From: Eledone cirrhosa
Taxonomy: Eukaryota
NCBI GenBank assembly: GCA_964016885.1
Contig: OZ024760.1
Coordinates: 32,798,001 to 32,862,000 of the forward strand
Direction of reading: 5' to 3'
DNA: 64,000 nt
This document shows, in pieces, positions 1 through 15,000 of this stretch; the first letter of the stretch is position 1, and every line of letters starts with the position of its first letter. The position numbers were made by a program, and so were the translations under genes. The notes beneath the pieces are model-generated. The model was not told the DNA's origin and did not search any database. It saw nothing but the letters and a program-made list of their open reading frames with translations.

Positions 1-3000
1 TTGTGCAGGTCTCAAGACAGAAAGCACCCAGTTCTCCCTGTACAGTGGTTGTGTAGGTCTCAAGACAGAAAGCACCCAGTACTCACTGTACAGTGGTTGT
101 GCATGTCTCAAGTCAGAAATCACCCAGTCCACCCTGTACAGTGGTTGTGTAGGTCTCAAGACAGAAAGCACCCAGTCCACCCTGTACAGTGGTTGTGTAG
201 GTCTCAAGACAGAAAGAAACCAGTCCACACTGTACAGTGGTTGTGTAGGTCTCAAGACAGAAAGCACCCAGTCCACCCTGTACAGTGGTTGTGTAGGTCT
301 CAAGACAGAAAGTGCCCAGTCCACCCTGTACAGTGGTTGTGTAGGTCTCAAGACAGAAATCACCCAGTTCACCCTGTACAGTGGTTGTGTAGGTCTCAAG
401 AGAGAAAGCACCCAGTCCTCCCTGTACAGTGGTTGTGTAGGTCTCAAGACAGAAATCACCCAGTCCACCCTGTACAGTGGTTGTGTAGGTCTCAAGACAG
501 AAAGCACCCAGTCCACCCTGTACAGCGGTTGTGTAGGTCTCAAGACAGAAAGAACCGAGTCCACACTGTACAGTGGTTGTGTAGGTCTCAAGACAGAAAG
601 CACCCAGTCCTCCCTGTACAGTGGTTGTGTAGGTCTCAAGACAGAAAGCACCCGGTCCACACTGTACAGTGGTTGTGTAGGTCTCAAGACAGAAAGCACC
701 CAGTCCACCCTGTACAGTGGTTGTGTAGGTCTCAAGGCAGAATGCACCTTGTCCAACCTGTACAGTGGTTGTGTATGTTTCAAGATAGAAAGCGCGCAGT
801 CACCCTGTACAGTGGTTGTGTAGGTCTCAAGTCAGAAAGCACCCAGTCCACCCTGTACAGTGGTTGTGTAGGTCTCAAGACAGAAAGCACCTTGTCCAAC
901 CTGTACAGTGGTTGTGTAGGTCTCAAGACAGAAAGCACTCAGTCCACACTGTACAGTGGTTGTGTAGGTCTCAAGACAGGAAGCACACAGTCCTCCCTGT
1001 ACAGTGGTTGTGTAGGTCTTAAGACAGAAAGCACCCAGTCCACACTGTACAGTGGTTGTGTAGGTCTCAAGACAGAAAGCACCCAGTCCACGCTGTACAG
1101 TGGTTGTGTAGGTCTCAAGTCAGAAAGCACCTAGTCCCCCCTGTACAGTGGTAGTGTAGGTCTCAAGTCAGAAAGCACCCAGTCCACCCTGTACAGTGGT
1201 TGTGTAGGTCTCAAGACAGAAATCACCCAGTCCACCAGGTACAGTGGTTGTGTAGGTCTCAAGACAGAAAGCACCCAGTCCACCCTGTACAGTGGTTGTG
1301 TAGGTCTCAAGACAGAAATCACCCTGTCCACACTGTACAGTGGTTGGCAGGTCTAAAGAGAGAAAGCACCCACTTCTCCCTGTACAGTTGTTGTGTAGGT
1401 CTCAAGACAGAAAGCAGCCAGTACTCACTGTACAGTGGTTGTGTAGGTCTCAAGACAGGAAGCACACAGTCCACACTGTACAGTGGTTGTGTAGGTCTCA
1501 AGACAGAAAGCACCCAGTCCACACTGTACAGTGGTTGTGTAGGTCTCAAGACAGGAAGCACACAGTCCTCCCTGTACAGTGGTTGTGTAGGTCTTAAGAC
1601 AGAAAGCACCCAGTCCACCCTGTACAGTAGTTGTGTCGGTCTCAAGACAGAAATCACCCAGTCCCCCCTGTACAGTGGTAGTGTAGGTCTCAAGACAGAA
1701 ATCACCCAGTCCACCCTGTACAGTGGTTGTGTAGGTCTCAAGACAGAAATCACCCAGTCCACACTGTACAGTGGTTGTGTAGGTCTCAAGACAGAAAGCA
1801 CCCAGTCCACGCTGTACAGTGGTTGTGTAGGTCTCAAGACAGAAAGCACCCAGTCCACACTGTACAGTGGTTGTGTAGGTCTCAAGTCAGAAAGCACCTA
1901 GTCCCCCCTGTACAGTGGTAGTGTAGGTCTCAAGTCAGAAAGCACCCAGTCCACCCTGTACAGTGGTTGTGTAGGTCTCAAGACAGAAATCACCCAGTCC
2001 ACACTGTACAGTGGTTGTGTAGGTCTCAAGACAGAAAGCACCCAGTCCACCCTGTACAGTGGTTGTGTAGGTCTCAAGACAGAAAGCACCCAGTCCATCC
2101 TGTACAGTGGTTATGTAGGTCTCAAGACATAAAATGCCCAGGCCACCCTGTACAGTGGTTGTGTAGGTCTCAAGACAGAAATCACCCAGTCCACCCTGTA
2201 CAGTGGTTGTGTAGGTCTCAAGACAGAAAGCACCCAGTCCTCCCTGTACAGTGGTTGTGTAGGTCTCAAGACAGAAATCACCCAGTTCACCCTGTAGAGT
2301 GGTTGTGTAGGTCTCAAGACAGAAAGCACCCAGGCCACCCTGTACAGTGGTTGTGTAGGTCTCAAGACAGAAAGAACCCAGTCCACACTGTACAGTGGTT
2401 GTGTAGGTCTCAAGACCGAAAGCACCCAGTCCTCCCTGTACAGTGGCTGTGTAGGTCTCAAGACAGAAAGCACCCAGTCCACCCTGTACAGTGGTTGTGT
2501 GGGTCTCAAGACAGAAAGCACCCAGTCCACACGGAACAGTGGTTGTGTAGGTCTCAAGACAGAAAGCACCCAGTCCTCCCTGTACAGTGGTTGTGTAGGT
2601 CTCAAGACAGAAAGCACCCAGTCCACCCTGTACAGTGGTTGTGTAGGTCTCAAGACAGAAAGCACCCAGTACTCCCTGTACAGTTGTTGTGTATGTCTCA
2701 AGACAGAAAGCACCCAGTACTCCCTGTACAGTGGTTGTGTAGGTCTCAAGACAGAAAGGAACCAGTACTCACTGTACAGTGGTTCTGCAGGTCTCAAGTC
2801 AGAAATCACCCAGTCCACCCTGTACAGTGGTTGTGTAGGTCTCAAGACAGAAAGCACCCAGTACTCCCTGTACAGTTGTTGTGTAGGTCTCAAGACAGAA
2901 AGCACCCAGTCCACCCTGTACAGTGGTTGTGTAGGTCTCAAGACAGAAAGCACCCAGTACTCCCTGTACAGTTGTTGTGTAGGTCTCAAGACAGAAAGCA

Positions 3001-6000
3001 CCCAGTCCACCCTGTACAGTGGTTGTGTAGGTCTCAAGACAAAAAGCAGCCGTTCCACACTGTACAGTGTTTGTATAGGTCTCAAGACAGAAAATAGCCA
3101 GTCCACCCTGTACAGTGGTTGTGTAGGTCTGAAGACAGAAAGCACCCAGTCCACCCTGTACAGTGGTTGTGTAGCTCTCAAGACAGAAAGCACCCAGTCC
3201 ACCCTGTACAGTGGTTGTGTAGGTCTCAAGACAGAAATCACCCAGTCCACCATGTACAGTGGTTGTGTAGGTCTCAAGACAGAAAGCACCCAGTCCACCC
3301 TGTACAGTGGTTGTGTAGGTCTCAAGACAGAAAGCACCCAGTCCACCCTGTACAGTGGTTGTGTAGGTCTCAAGTCAGAAAGCGCCCAGTCCACCCTGTA
3401 CAGTGTTTGTGTAGGTCTCAAGACAGAAAGCACCCAGTCCAACCTGTACAGTGGTTGTGTAGGTGTCAAGATAGAAAGCACCCAGTCCACCCTGTACAGT
3501 GGTTGTGTAGGTGACAAGATAGAAAGCACCCAGTCCACCCTGTACAGTGGTTGTGTAGGTCTCAAGACAGAAAGCACCCAGTCCAACCTGTACAGTGGTT
3601 GTGTAGGTCTCAAGACAGAAAGCGCCCATTCGACATTGTACAGTGGTTGTGTAGGTCTCAAGACAGAAAGCACCCAATCCCCCCTGTATAGTGGTTGTGT
3701 AGGTCTCAAGACAGAAAGCACCCAGTCCACACTGTACAGTGGTTGTGTAGGTCTCAAGACAGAAAGCACCCAGTCCACACTGTACAGTGGTTATGTAGGT
3801 CTCAAGACAGAAAACACCCAGTCCAACCTGTACAGTGGTTGTGTAGGTCTCAAGACAGAAAGCGCCCATTCGACATTGTACAGTGGTTGTGTAGGTCTCA
3901 AGACAGAAAGCACCCAGTCCACCCTGTATAGTGGTTGTGTAGGTCTCAAGACAGAAAGCGCCCAGTCTACATTGTACAGTGGTTGTGTAGGTCTCAAGAC
4001 AGAAATCACCCAGTCCACACTGTACAGTGGTTGTGTAGGTCTCAAGACAGAAAGCGCCCAGTCCACATTGTACAGTGGTTGTGTAGGTCTCAAGTCAGAA
4101 AGCACCCAGTCCACCCTGTACAGTGGTTGTGTATGTTTCAAGATAGAAAGCGCGCAGTCACCCTGTACAGTGGTTGTGTAGGTCTCAAGTCAGAAAGCAC
4201 CCAGTCCACCCTGTACAGTGGTTGTGTAGGTCTCAAGACAGAAAGAACCCAGTCCACACTGTACAGTGGTTGTGTAGGTCTCAAGACCGAAAGCACCCAG
4301 TCCTCCCTGTACAGTGGCTGTGTAGGTCTCAAGACAGAAAGCACCCAGTCCACCCTGTACAGTGGTTGTGTGGGTCTCAAGACAGAAAGAAACCAGTCCA
4401 CACGGTACAGTGGTTGTGTAGCTCTCAAGACAGAAAGCACCCAGTCCTCCCTGTACAGTGGTTGTGTAGGTCTCAAGACAGAAAGCACCCAGTCCACCCT
4501 GTACAGTGGTTGTGTAGGTCTCAAGACAGAAAGCACCCAGTCCACCCTGTACAGTGGCTGTGTTTGTCTCAAGACAGAAAGCATGCAGTCCACCATGTAC
4601 ATTGGTTGTGTAGGTCTCAAGACAGAAAGCACCCAGTACTCCCTGTACAGTTGTTGTGTAGGTGTCAAGATAGAAAGCACCCAGTCCACCCTGTACAGTG
4701 GTTGTGTAGGTGACAACATAGAAAGCACCCAGTCCACCCTGTACAGTGGTTGTGTAGGTCTCAAGACAGAAAGCACCCAGTCCAACCTGTACAGTGGTTG
4801 GGTAGGTCTCAAGACAGAAATCACCCAGTCCACACTGTACAGTGGTTGTGTAGGTCTCAAGACAGAAAGCGCCCAGTCCACATTGTACAGTGGTTGTGTA
4901 GGTCTCAAGTCAGAAAGCACCCAGTCCACCCTGTACAGTGGTTATGTATGTTTCAAGATAGAAAGCGCGCAGTCACCCTGTACAGTGGTTGTGTAGGTCT
5001 CAAGTCAGAAAGCACCCAGTCCACCCTGTACAGTGGTTGTGTAGGTCTCAAGACAGAAAGCACCCAGTCCAACCTGTACAGTGGTTGTGTAGGTCTCAAG
5101 ACAGAAAGCACTCAGTCCACACTGTACAGTGGTTGTGTAGGTCTCAAGACAGGAAGCACACAGTCCTCCCTGTACAGTGGTTGTGTAGGTCTTAAGACAG
5201 AAAGCACCCAGTCCACACTGTACAGTGGTTGTGTAGGTCTCAAGACAGAAAGCACCCAGTCCACGCTGTACAGTGGTTGTGTAGGTCTCAAGACAGAAAG
5301 CACCTAGTCCCCCCTGTACAGTGGTAGTGTAGGTCTCAAGTCAGAAAGCACCCAGTCCACCCTGTACAGTGGTTGTGTAGGTCTCAAGACAGAAATCACC
5401 CAGTCCACCATGTACAGTGGTTGTGTAGGTCTCAAGACAGAAAGCACCCAGTCCACCCTGTACAGTGGTTGTGTAGGTCTCAAGACAGAAAGAACCCAGT
5501 CCACACTGTACAATGGTTGTGTAGGTCTCAAGACAGAAAGCACCCAGTCCACCCTGTACAGTGGTCGTGTAGGTCTCAAGACAGAAATCACCCAGTCCAC
5601 ACTGTACAGTGGTTATGTAGGTCTCAAGACATAAAGTGCCCAGGCCACCCTGTACAGTGGTTGTGTAGGTCTCAAGACAGAAATCACCCAGTCCACCCTG
5701 TAGAGTGGTTGTGTAGGTCTCAAGACAGAAAGCACCCAGTCCATCCTGTACAGTGGTTATGTAGGTCTCAAGACATAAAGTGCCCAGGCCACCCTGTACA
5801 GTGGTTGTGTAGGTCTCAAGACAGAAATCACCCAGTCCACCCTGTACAGTGGTTGTGTAGGTCTCAAGACAGAAAGCACCCAGTCCTCCCTGTACAGTGG
5901 TTGTGTAGGTCTCAAGACAGAAATCACCCAGTTCACCCTGTAGGGTGGTTGTGTAGGTCTCAAGACAGAAAGCACCCAGGCCACCCTGTACAGTGGTTGT

Positions 6001-9000
6001 GTAGGTCTCAAGACAGAAAGAACCCAGTCCACACTGTACAGTGGTTGTGTAGGTCTCAAGACCGAAAGCACCCAGTCCTCCCTGTACAGTGGCTGTGTAG
6101 GTCTCAAGACAGAAAGCACCCAGTCCACCCTGTACAGTGGTTGTGTGGGTCTCAAGACAGAAAGAAACCAGTCCACACGGTACAGTGGTTGTGTAGCTCT
6201 CAAGACAGAAAGCACCCAGTCCTCCCTGTACAGTGGTTGTGTAGGTCTCAAGACAGAAAGCACCCAGTCCACCCTGTACAGTGGTTGTGTAGGTCTCAAG
6301 ACAGAAAGCACCCAGTCCACCCTGTACAGTGGCTGTGTTTGTCTCAAGACAGAAAGCATGCAGTCCACCATGTACATTGGTTGTGTAGGTCTCAAGACAG
6401 AAAGCACCCAGTCCACCCTGTACAGTGGCTGTGTTTGTCTCAAGACAGAAAGCATGCAGTCCACCATGTACATTGGTTGTGTGGGTTTCAAGACAGAAAG
6501 AAACCAGTCCACACGGTACAGTGGTTGTGTAGCTCTCAAGACAGAAAGCACCCAGTCTTCCCTGTACAGTGGTTGTGTAGGTCTCAAGACAGAAAGCACC
6601 CAGTCCACCCTGTAGAGTGGTTGTGTGGGTCTCAAGACAGAAAGAAACCAGTCCACACGGTACAGTGGTTGTGTAGCTCTCAAGACAGAAAGCACCCAGT
6701 CCACCCTGTACAGTGGTTGTGTAGGTGACAAGATAGAAAGCACCCAGTCCACCCTGTACAGTGGTTGTGTAGGTCTCAAGACAGAAAGCACCCAGTCCAA
6801 CCTGTACAGTGGTTGTGTAGGTCTCAAGACAGAAAGCGCCCATTCGACATTGTACAGTGGTTGTGTAGGTTTCAAGACAGAAAGCACCCAGTCCACCCTG
6901 TATAGTGGTTGTGTAGGTCTCAAGACAGAAAGCACCCAGTCCACACTGTACAGTGGTTGTGTAGGTCTCAAGACAGAAAGCACCCAGTCCAACCTGTACA
7001 GTGGTTGTGTAGGTCTCAAGACAGAAAGAAACCAGTCCACACTGTACAGTGGTTGTGTAGGTCTCAAGACAGAAAGCACCCAGTCCACCCTGTACAGTGG
7101 TTGTGTAGGTCTCAAGACAGAAAGTGCCCAGTCCACCCTGTACAGTGGTTGTGTAGGTCTCAAGACAGAAATCACCCAGTTCACCCTGTACAGTGGTTGT
7201 GTAGATCTCAAGAGAGAAAGCACCCAGTCCTCCCTGTACAGTGGTTGTGTAGGTCTCAAGACAGAAATCACCCAGTCCACCCTGTACAGTGGTTGTGTAG
7301 GTCTCAAGACAGAAAGCACCCAGTCCACCCTGTACAGTGGTTGTGTAGGTCTCAAGACAGAAAGAACCTAGTCCACACTGTACAGTGGTTGTGTAGGTCT
7401 CAAGACAGAAAGCACCCAGTCCTCCCTGTACAGTGGTTGTGTAGGTCTCAAGACAGAAAGCACCCGGTCCACACTGTACAGTGGTTGTGTAGGTCTCAAG
7501 ACAGAAAGCACCCAGTCCACCCTGTACAGTGGTTGTGTAGGTCTCAAGGCAGAATGCACCTTGTCCAACCTGTACAGTGGTTGTGTATGTTTCAAGATAG
7601 AAAGCGCGCAGTCACCCTGTACAGTGGTTGTGTAGGTCTCAAGTCAGAAAGCACCCAGTCCACCCTGTACAGTGGTTGTGTAGGTCTCAAGACAGAAAGC
7701 ACCCAGTCCAACCTGTACAGTGGTTGTGTAGGTCTCAAGACAGAAAGCACTCAGTCCACACTGTACAGTGGTTGTGTAGGTCTCAAGACAGGAAGCACAC
7801 AGTCCTCCCTGTACAGTGGTTGTGTAGGTCTTAAGACAGAAAGCACCCAGTCCACACTGTACAGTGGTTGTGTAGGTCTCAAGACAGAAAGCACCCAGAC
7901 CACGCTGTACAGTGGTTGTGTAGGTCTCAAGTCAGAAAGCACCTAGTCCCCCCTGTACAGTGGTAGTGTAGGTCTCAAGTCAGAAAGCACCCAGTCCACC
8001 CTGTACAGTGGTTGTGTAGGTCTCAAGACAGAAATCACCCAGTCCACCAGGTACAGTGGTTGTGTAGGTCTCAAGAGAGAAAGCACCCACTTCTCCCTGT
8101 ACAGTTGTTGTGTAGGTCTCAAGACAGAAAGCACCCAGTCCACCCTGTACAGTGGTTGTGTAGGTCTCAAGACAGAAAGCACCCAGTCCATCCTGTACAG
8201 TGGTTATGTAGGTCTCAAGACATAAAATGCCCAGGCCACCCTGTACAGTGGTTGTGTAGGTCTCAAGACAGAAAGCACCCAGTCCACCCTGTACAGTGGT
8301 TGTGTAGGTCTCAAGACAGAAATCACCCTGTCCACCCTGTACAGTGGTTGGCAGGTCTCAAGAGAGAAAGCACCCACTTCTCACTGTACAGTTGTTGTGT
8401 AGGTCTCAAGACAGAAAGCACCCAGTCCACCCTGTACAGTGGTTGTGTAGGTCTCAAGACAGAAAGCACCCAGTCCATCCTGTACAGTGGTTATGTAGGT
8501 CTCAAGACATAAAATGCCCAGGCCACCCTGTACAGTGGTTGTGTAGGTCTCAAGACAGAAATCACCCAGTCCACCCTGTACAGTGGTTGTGTAGGTCTCA
8601 AGACAGAAAGCACCCAGTCCTCCCTGTACAGTGGTTGTGTAGGTCTCAAGACAGAAATCACCCAGTTCACCCTGTAGAGTGGTTGTGTAGGTCTCAAGAC
8701 AGAAAGCACCCAGGCCACCCTGTACAGTGGTTGTGTAGGTCTCAAGACAGAAAGAACCCAGTCCACACTGTACAGTGGTTGTGTAGGTCTCAAGACCGAA
8801 AGCACCCAGTCCTCCCTGTACAGTGGCTGTGTAGGTCTCAAGACAGAAAGCACCCAGTCCACCCTGTACAGTGGTTGTGTGGTTCTCAAGACAGAAAGCA
8901 CCCAGTCCACACGGTACAGTGGTTGTGTAAGTCTCAAGACAGAAAGCACCCAGTCCTCCCTGTACAGTGGTTGTGTAGGTCTCAAGACAGAAAGCACCCA

Positions 9001-12000
9001 GTCCACCCTGTACAGTGGTTGTGTAGGTCTCAAGACAGAAAGCACCCAGTACTCCCTGTACAGTTGTTGTGTAGGTCTCAAGACAGAAAGCACCCAGTAC
9101 TCCCTGTACAGTGGTTGTGTAGGTCTCAAGACAGAAAGGAACCAGTACTCACTGTACAGTGGTTCTGCAGGTCTCAAGTCAGAAATCACCCAGTCCACCC
9201 TGTACAGTGGTTGTGTAGGTCCCAAGACAGAAAGCACCCAGTCCACCCTGTACAGTGGTTGTGTAGGTCTCAAGTCAGAAAGCGCCCAGTCCACCCTGTA
9301 CAGTGTTTGTGTAGGTCTCAAGACAGAAAGCACCCAGTCCAACCTGTACAGTGGTTGTGTAGGTGTCAAGATAGAAAGCACCCAGTCCACCCTGTACAGT
9401 GGTTGTGTAGGTGACAAGATAGAAAGCACCCAGTCCACCCTGTACAGTGGTTGTGTAGGTCTCAAGACAGAAAGCACCCAGTCCAACCTGTACAGTGGTT
9501 GTGTAGGTCTCAAGACAGAAAGCGCCCATTCGACATTCTACAGTGGTTGTGTAGGTCTCAAGACAGAAAGCACCCAGTCCACCCTGTATAGTGGTTGTGT
9601 AGGTCTCAAGACAGAAAGCACCCAGTCCACACTGTACAGTGGTTGTGTAGGTCTCAAGACAGAAAGCACCCAGTCCACACTGTACAGTGGTTGTGTAGGT
9701 CTCAAGACAGAAAACACCCAGTCCAACCTGTACAGTGGTTGTGTAGGTCTCAAGACAGAAAGCGCCCATTCGACATTGTACAGTGGTTGTGTAGGTCTCA
9801 AGACAGAAAGCACCCAGTCCACCCTGTATAGTGGTTGTGTAGGTCTCAAGACAGAAAGCGCCCAGTCTACATTGTACAGTGGTTGTGTAGGTCTCAAGAC
9901 AGAAATCACCCAGTCCACACTGTACAGTGGTTGTGTAGGTCTCAAGACAGAAAGCGCCCAGTCCACATTGTACAGTGGTTGTGTAGGTCTCAAGTCAGAA
10001 AGCACCCAGTCCACCCTGTACAGTGGTTGTGTATGTTTCAAGATAGAAAGCGCGCAGTCACCCTGTACAGTGGTTGTGTAGGTCTCAAGTCAGAAAGCAC
10101 CCAGTCCACCCTGTACAGTGGTTGTGTAGGTCTCAAGACAGAAAGCACCCAGTCCAACCTGTACAGTGGTTGTGTAGGTCTCAAGGCAGAAAGCACTCAG
10201 TCCACACTGTACAGTGGTTGTGTAGGTCTCAAGACAGAAAGCACACAGTCCACGCTGTACAGTGGTTGTGTAGGTCTCAAGTCAGAAAGCACCTAGTCCC
10301 CCCTGTACAGTGGTAGTGTAGGTCTCAAGTCAGAAAGCACCCAGTCCACCCTGTACAGTGGTTGTGTAGGTCTCAAGACAGAAATCACCCAGTCCACCAT
10401 GTACAGTGGTTGTGTAGGTCTCAAGACAGAAAGCACCCAGTCCACCCTGTACAGTGGTTGTGTAGGTCTCAAGACAGAAAGAACCCAGTCCACACTGTAC
10501 AGTGGTTGTGTAGGTCTCAAGACAGAAAGCACCCAGTCCACACTGTACAGTGGTTGTGTAGGTCTCAAGACAGAAAGCACCCAGTCCATCCTGTACAGTG
10601 GTTATGTAGGTCTCAAGACATAAAGTGCCCAGGTCACCCTGTACAGTGGTTGTGTAGGTCTCAAGACAGAAATCACCCAGTGCACCCTGTACAGTGGTTG
10701 TGTAGGTCTCAAGACAGAAAGCACCCAGTCCTCCCTGTACAGTGGTTGTGTAGGTCTCAAGACAGAAATCACCCAGTTCACCCTGTAGAGTGGTTGTGTA
10801 GGTCTCAAGACAGAAAGCACCCAGGCCACCCTGTACAGTGGTTGTGTAGGTCTCAAGACAGAAAGAACCCAGTCCACACTGTACAGTGGTTGTGTAGGTC
10901 TCAAGACCGAAAGCACCCAGTCCTCCCTGTACAGTGGCTGTGTAGGTCTCAAGACAGAAAGCACCCAGTCCACCCTGTACAGTGGTTGTGTGGGTCTCAA
11001 GACAGAAAGAAACCAGTCCACACGGTACAGTGGTTGTGTAGCTCTCAAGACAGAAAGCACCCAGTCCTCCCTGTACAGTGGTTGTGTAGGTCTCAAGACA
11101 GAAAGCACCCAGTCCACCCTGTACAGTGGTTGTGTAGGTCTCAAGACAGAAAGCACCCAGTCCACCCTGTACAGTGGCTGTGTTTGTCTCAAGACAGAAA
11201 GCATGCAGTCCACCATGTACATTGGTTGTGTAGGTCTCAAGACAGAAAGCACCCAGTACTCCCTGTACAGTTGTTGTGTAGGTGTCAAGATAGAAAGCAC
11301 CCAGTCCACCCTGTACAGTGGTTGTGTAGGTGACAAGATAGAAAGCACCCAGTCCACCCTGTACAGTGGTTGTGTAGGTCTCAAGACAGAAAGCACCCAG
11401 TCCAACCTGTACAGTGGTTGTGTAGGTCTCAAGACAGAAAGCGCCCATTCGACATTGTACAGTGGTTGTGTAGGTTTCAAGACAGAAAGCACCCAGTCCA
11501 CCCTGTATAGTGGTTGTGTAGGTCTCAAGACAGAAAGCACCCAGTCCACACTGTACAGTGGTTGTGTAGGTCTCAAGACAGAAAAGCCCAGTCCAACCTG
11601 TACAGTGGTTGTGTAGGTCTCAAGACAGAAAGCGCCCATTCGACATTGTACAGTGGTTGTGTAGGTCTCAAGACAGAAAGCACCCAGTCCACCCTGTATA
11701 GTGGTTGTGTAGGTCTCAAGACAGAAAGCACCCAGTCCACACTGTACAGTGGTTGTGTAGGTCTCAAGACAGAAAGCACCCAGTCCACACTGTACAGTGG
11801 TTGTGTAGGTCTCAAGACAGAAAGCACCCAGTCCACACTGTACAGTGGTTGTGTAGGTCTCAAGACAGAAAACACCCAGTCCAACCTGTACAGTGGTTGT
11901 GTAGGTCTCAAGACAGAAAGCGCCCATTCGACATTGTACAGTGGTTGTGTAGGTCTCAAGACAGAAAGCACCCAGTCCACCCTGTATAGTGGTTGTGTAG

Positions 12001-15000
12001 GTCTCAAGACAGAAAGCGCCCAGTCTACATTGTACAGTGGTTGTGTAGGTCTCAAGACAGAAATCACCCAGTCCACACTGTACAGTGGTTGTGTAGGTCT
12101 CAAGACAGAAAGCGCCCAGTCCACATTGTACAGTGGTTGTGTAGGTCTCAAGTCAGAAAGCACCCAGTCCACCCTGTACAGTGGTTATGTATGTTTCAAG
12201 ATAGAAAGCGCGCAGTCACCCTGTACAGTGGTTGTGTAGGTCTCAAGTCAGAAAGCACCCAGTCCACCCTGTACAGTGGTTGTGTAGGTCTCAAGACAGA
12301 AAGCACCCAGTCCAACCTGTACAGTGGTTGTGTAGGTCTCAAGACAGAAAGCACTCAGTCCACACTGTACAGTGGTTGTGTAGGTCTCAAGACAGGAAGC
12401 ACACAGTCCTCCCTGTACAGTGGTTGTGTAGGTCTTAAGACAGAAAGCACCCAGTCCACACTGTACAGTGGTTGTGTAGGTCTCAAGACAGAAATCACCC
12501 AGTCCACCATGTACAGTGGTTGTGTAGGTCTCAAGACAGAAAGCACCCAGTCCACCCTGTACAGTGGTTGTGTAGGTCTCAAGACAGAAAGAACCCAGTC
12601 CACACTGTACAGTGGTTGTGTAGGTCTCAAGACAGAAAGCACCCAGTCCACACTGTACAGTGGTTGTGTAGGTCTCAAGACAGAAAGCACCCAGTCCATC
12701 CTGTACAGTGGTTATGTAGGTCTCAAGACATAAAGTGCCCAGGCCACCCTGTACAGTGGTTGTGTAGGTCTCAAGACAGAAATCACCCAGTCCACCCTGT
12801 ACAGTGGTTGTGTAGGTCTCAAGACAGAAATCACCCAGTTCACCCTGTAGAGTGGTTGTGTAGGTCTCAAGACAGAAAGCACCCAGGCCACCCTGTACAG
12901 TGGTTGTGTAGGTCTCAAGACAGAAAGAACCCAGTCCACACTGTACAGTGGTTGTGTAGGTCTCAAGACCGAAAGCACCCAGTCCTCCCTGTACAGTGGC
13001 TGTGTAGGTCTCAAGACAGAAAGCACCCAATCCACCCTGTACAGTGGTTGTGTGGGTCTCAAGACAGAAAGAAACCAGTCCACACGGTACAGTGGTTGTG
13101 TAGCTCTCAAGACAGAAAGCACCCAGTCCTCCCTGTACAGTGGTTGTGTAGGTCTCAAGACAGAAAGCACCCAGTCCACCCTGTACAGTGGTTGTGTAGG
13201 TCTCAAGACAGAAAGCACCCAGTCCACCCTGTACAGTGGCTGTGTTTGTCTCAAGACAGAAAGCATGCAGTCCACCATGTACATTGGTTGTGTAGGTCTC
13301 AAGACAGAAAGCACCCAGTACTCCCTGTACAGTTGATGTGTAGGTGTCAAGATAGAAAGCACCCAGTCCACCCTGTACAGTGGTTGTGTAGGTGACAAGA
13401 TAGAAAGCACCCAGTCCACCCTGTACAGTGGTTGTGTAGGTCTCAAGACAGAAAGCACCCAGTCCAACCTGTACAGTGGTTGTGTAGGTCTCAAGACAGA
13501 AAGCGCCCATTCGACATTGTACAGTGGTTGTGTAGGTTTCAAGACAGAAAGCACCCAGTCCACCCTGTATAGTGGTTGTGTAGGTCTCAAGACAGAAAGC
13601 ACCCAGTCCACACTGTACAGTGGTTGTGTAGGTCTCAAGACAGAAAGCACCCAGTCCAACCTGTACAGTGGTTGTGTAGGTCTCAAGACAGAAAGCGCCC
13701 ATTCGACATTGTACAGTGGTTGTGTAGGTCTCAAGACAGAAAGCACCCAGTCCACCCTGTATAGTGGTTGTGTAGGTCTCAAGACAGAAAGCACCCAGTC
13801 CACACTGTACAGTTGTTGTGTAGGTCTCAAGACAGAAAGCACCCAGTCCACACTGTACAGTGGTTGTGTAGGTCTCAAGACAGAAAGCACCCAGTCCAAC
13901 CTGTACAGTGTTTGTGTAGGTCTCAAGACAGAAAGCGCCCATTCGACATTGTACAGTGGTTGTGTAGGTCTCAAGACAGAAAGCACCCAGTCCACCCTGT
14001 ATAGTGGTTGTGTAGGTCTCAAGACAGAAAGCGCCCAGTCTACATTGTACAGTGGTTGTGTAGGTCTCAAGACAGAAATCACCCAGTCCACACTGTACAG
14101 TGGTTGTGTAGGTCTCAAGACAGAAAGCGCCCAGTCCACATTGTACAGTGGTTGTGTAGGTCTCAAGTCAGAAAGCACCCAGTCCACCCTGTACAGTGGT
14201 TGTGTATGTTTCAAGATAGAAAGCGCCCAGTCACCCTGTACAGTGGTTGTGTAGGTCTCAAGTCAGAAAGCACCCAGTCCACCCTGTACAGTGGTTGTGT
14301 AGGTCTCAAGACAGAAAGCACCCAGTCCAACCTGTACAGTGGTTGTGTAGGTCTCAAGACAGAAAGCACCCAGTCCACACTGTACAGTGGTTGTGTAGGT
14401 CACAAGACAGGAAGCACACATTCCTCCCTGTACAGTGGTTGTGTAGGTCTCAAGACAGGAAGCACACATTCCTCCCTGTTCAGTGGTTGTGTAGGTCTTA
14501 AGACAGAAAGCACCCAGTCCACACTGTACAGTGGTTGTGTAGGTCTCAAGACAGAAAGCACCCAGTCCACGCTGTACAGTGGTTGTGTAGGTCTCAAGTC
14601 AGAAAGAACCTAGTCCCCCCTGTACAGTGGTAGTGTAGGTCTCAAGTCAGAAAGCACCCAGTCCACCCTGTACAGTGGTTGTGTAGGTCTCAAGACAGAA
14701 ATCACCCAGTCCACCATGTACAGTGGTTGTGTAGGTCTCAAGACAGAAATCACCCAGTCCACCCTGTACAGTGGTTGTGTAGGTCTCAAGACAGAAAGCA
14801 CCCAGTCCACCCTGTACAGTGGCTGTGTAGGTCTCAAGACAGAAAACATGCAGTCCACCATGTACATTGGTTGTGTAGGTCTCAAGACAGAAAGCACCCA
14901 GTACTCCCTGTACAGTTGTTGTGTAGGTCTCAAGACAAAAAGCAGCCGTTCCACACTGTACAGTGTTTGTATAGGTCTCAAGACAGAAAATAGCCAGTCC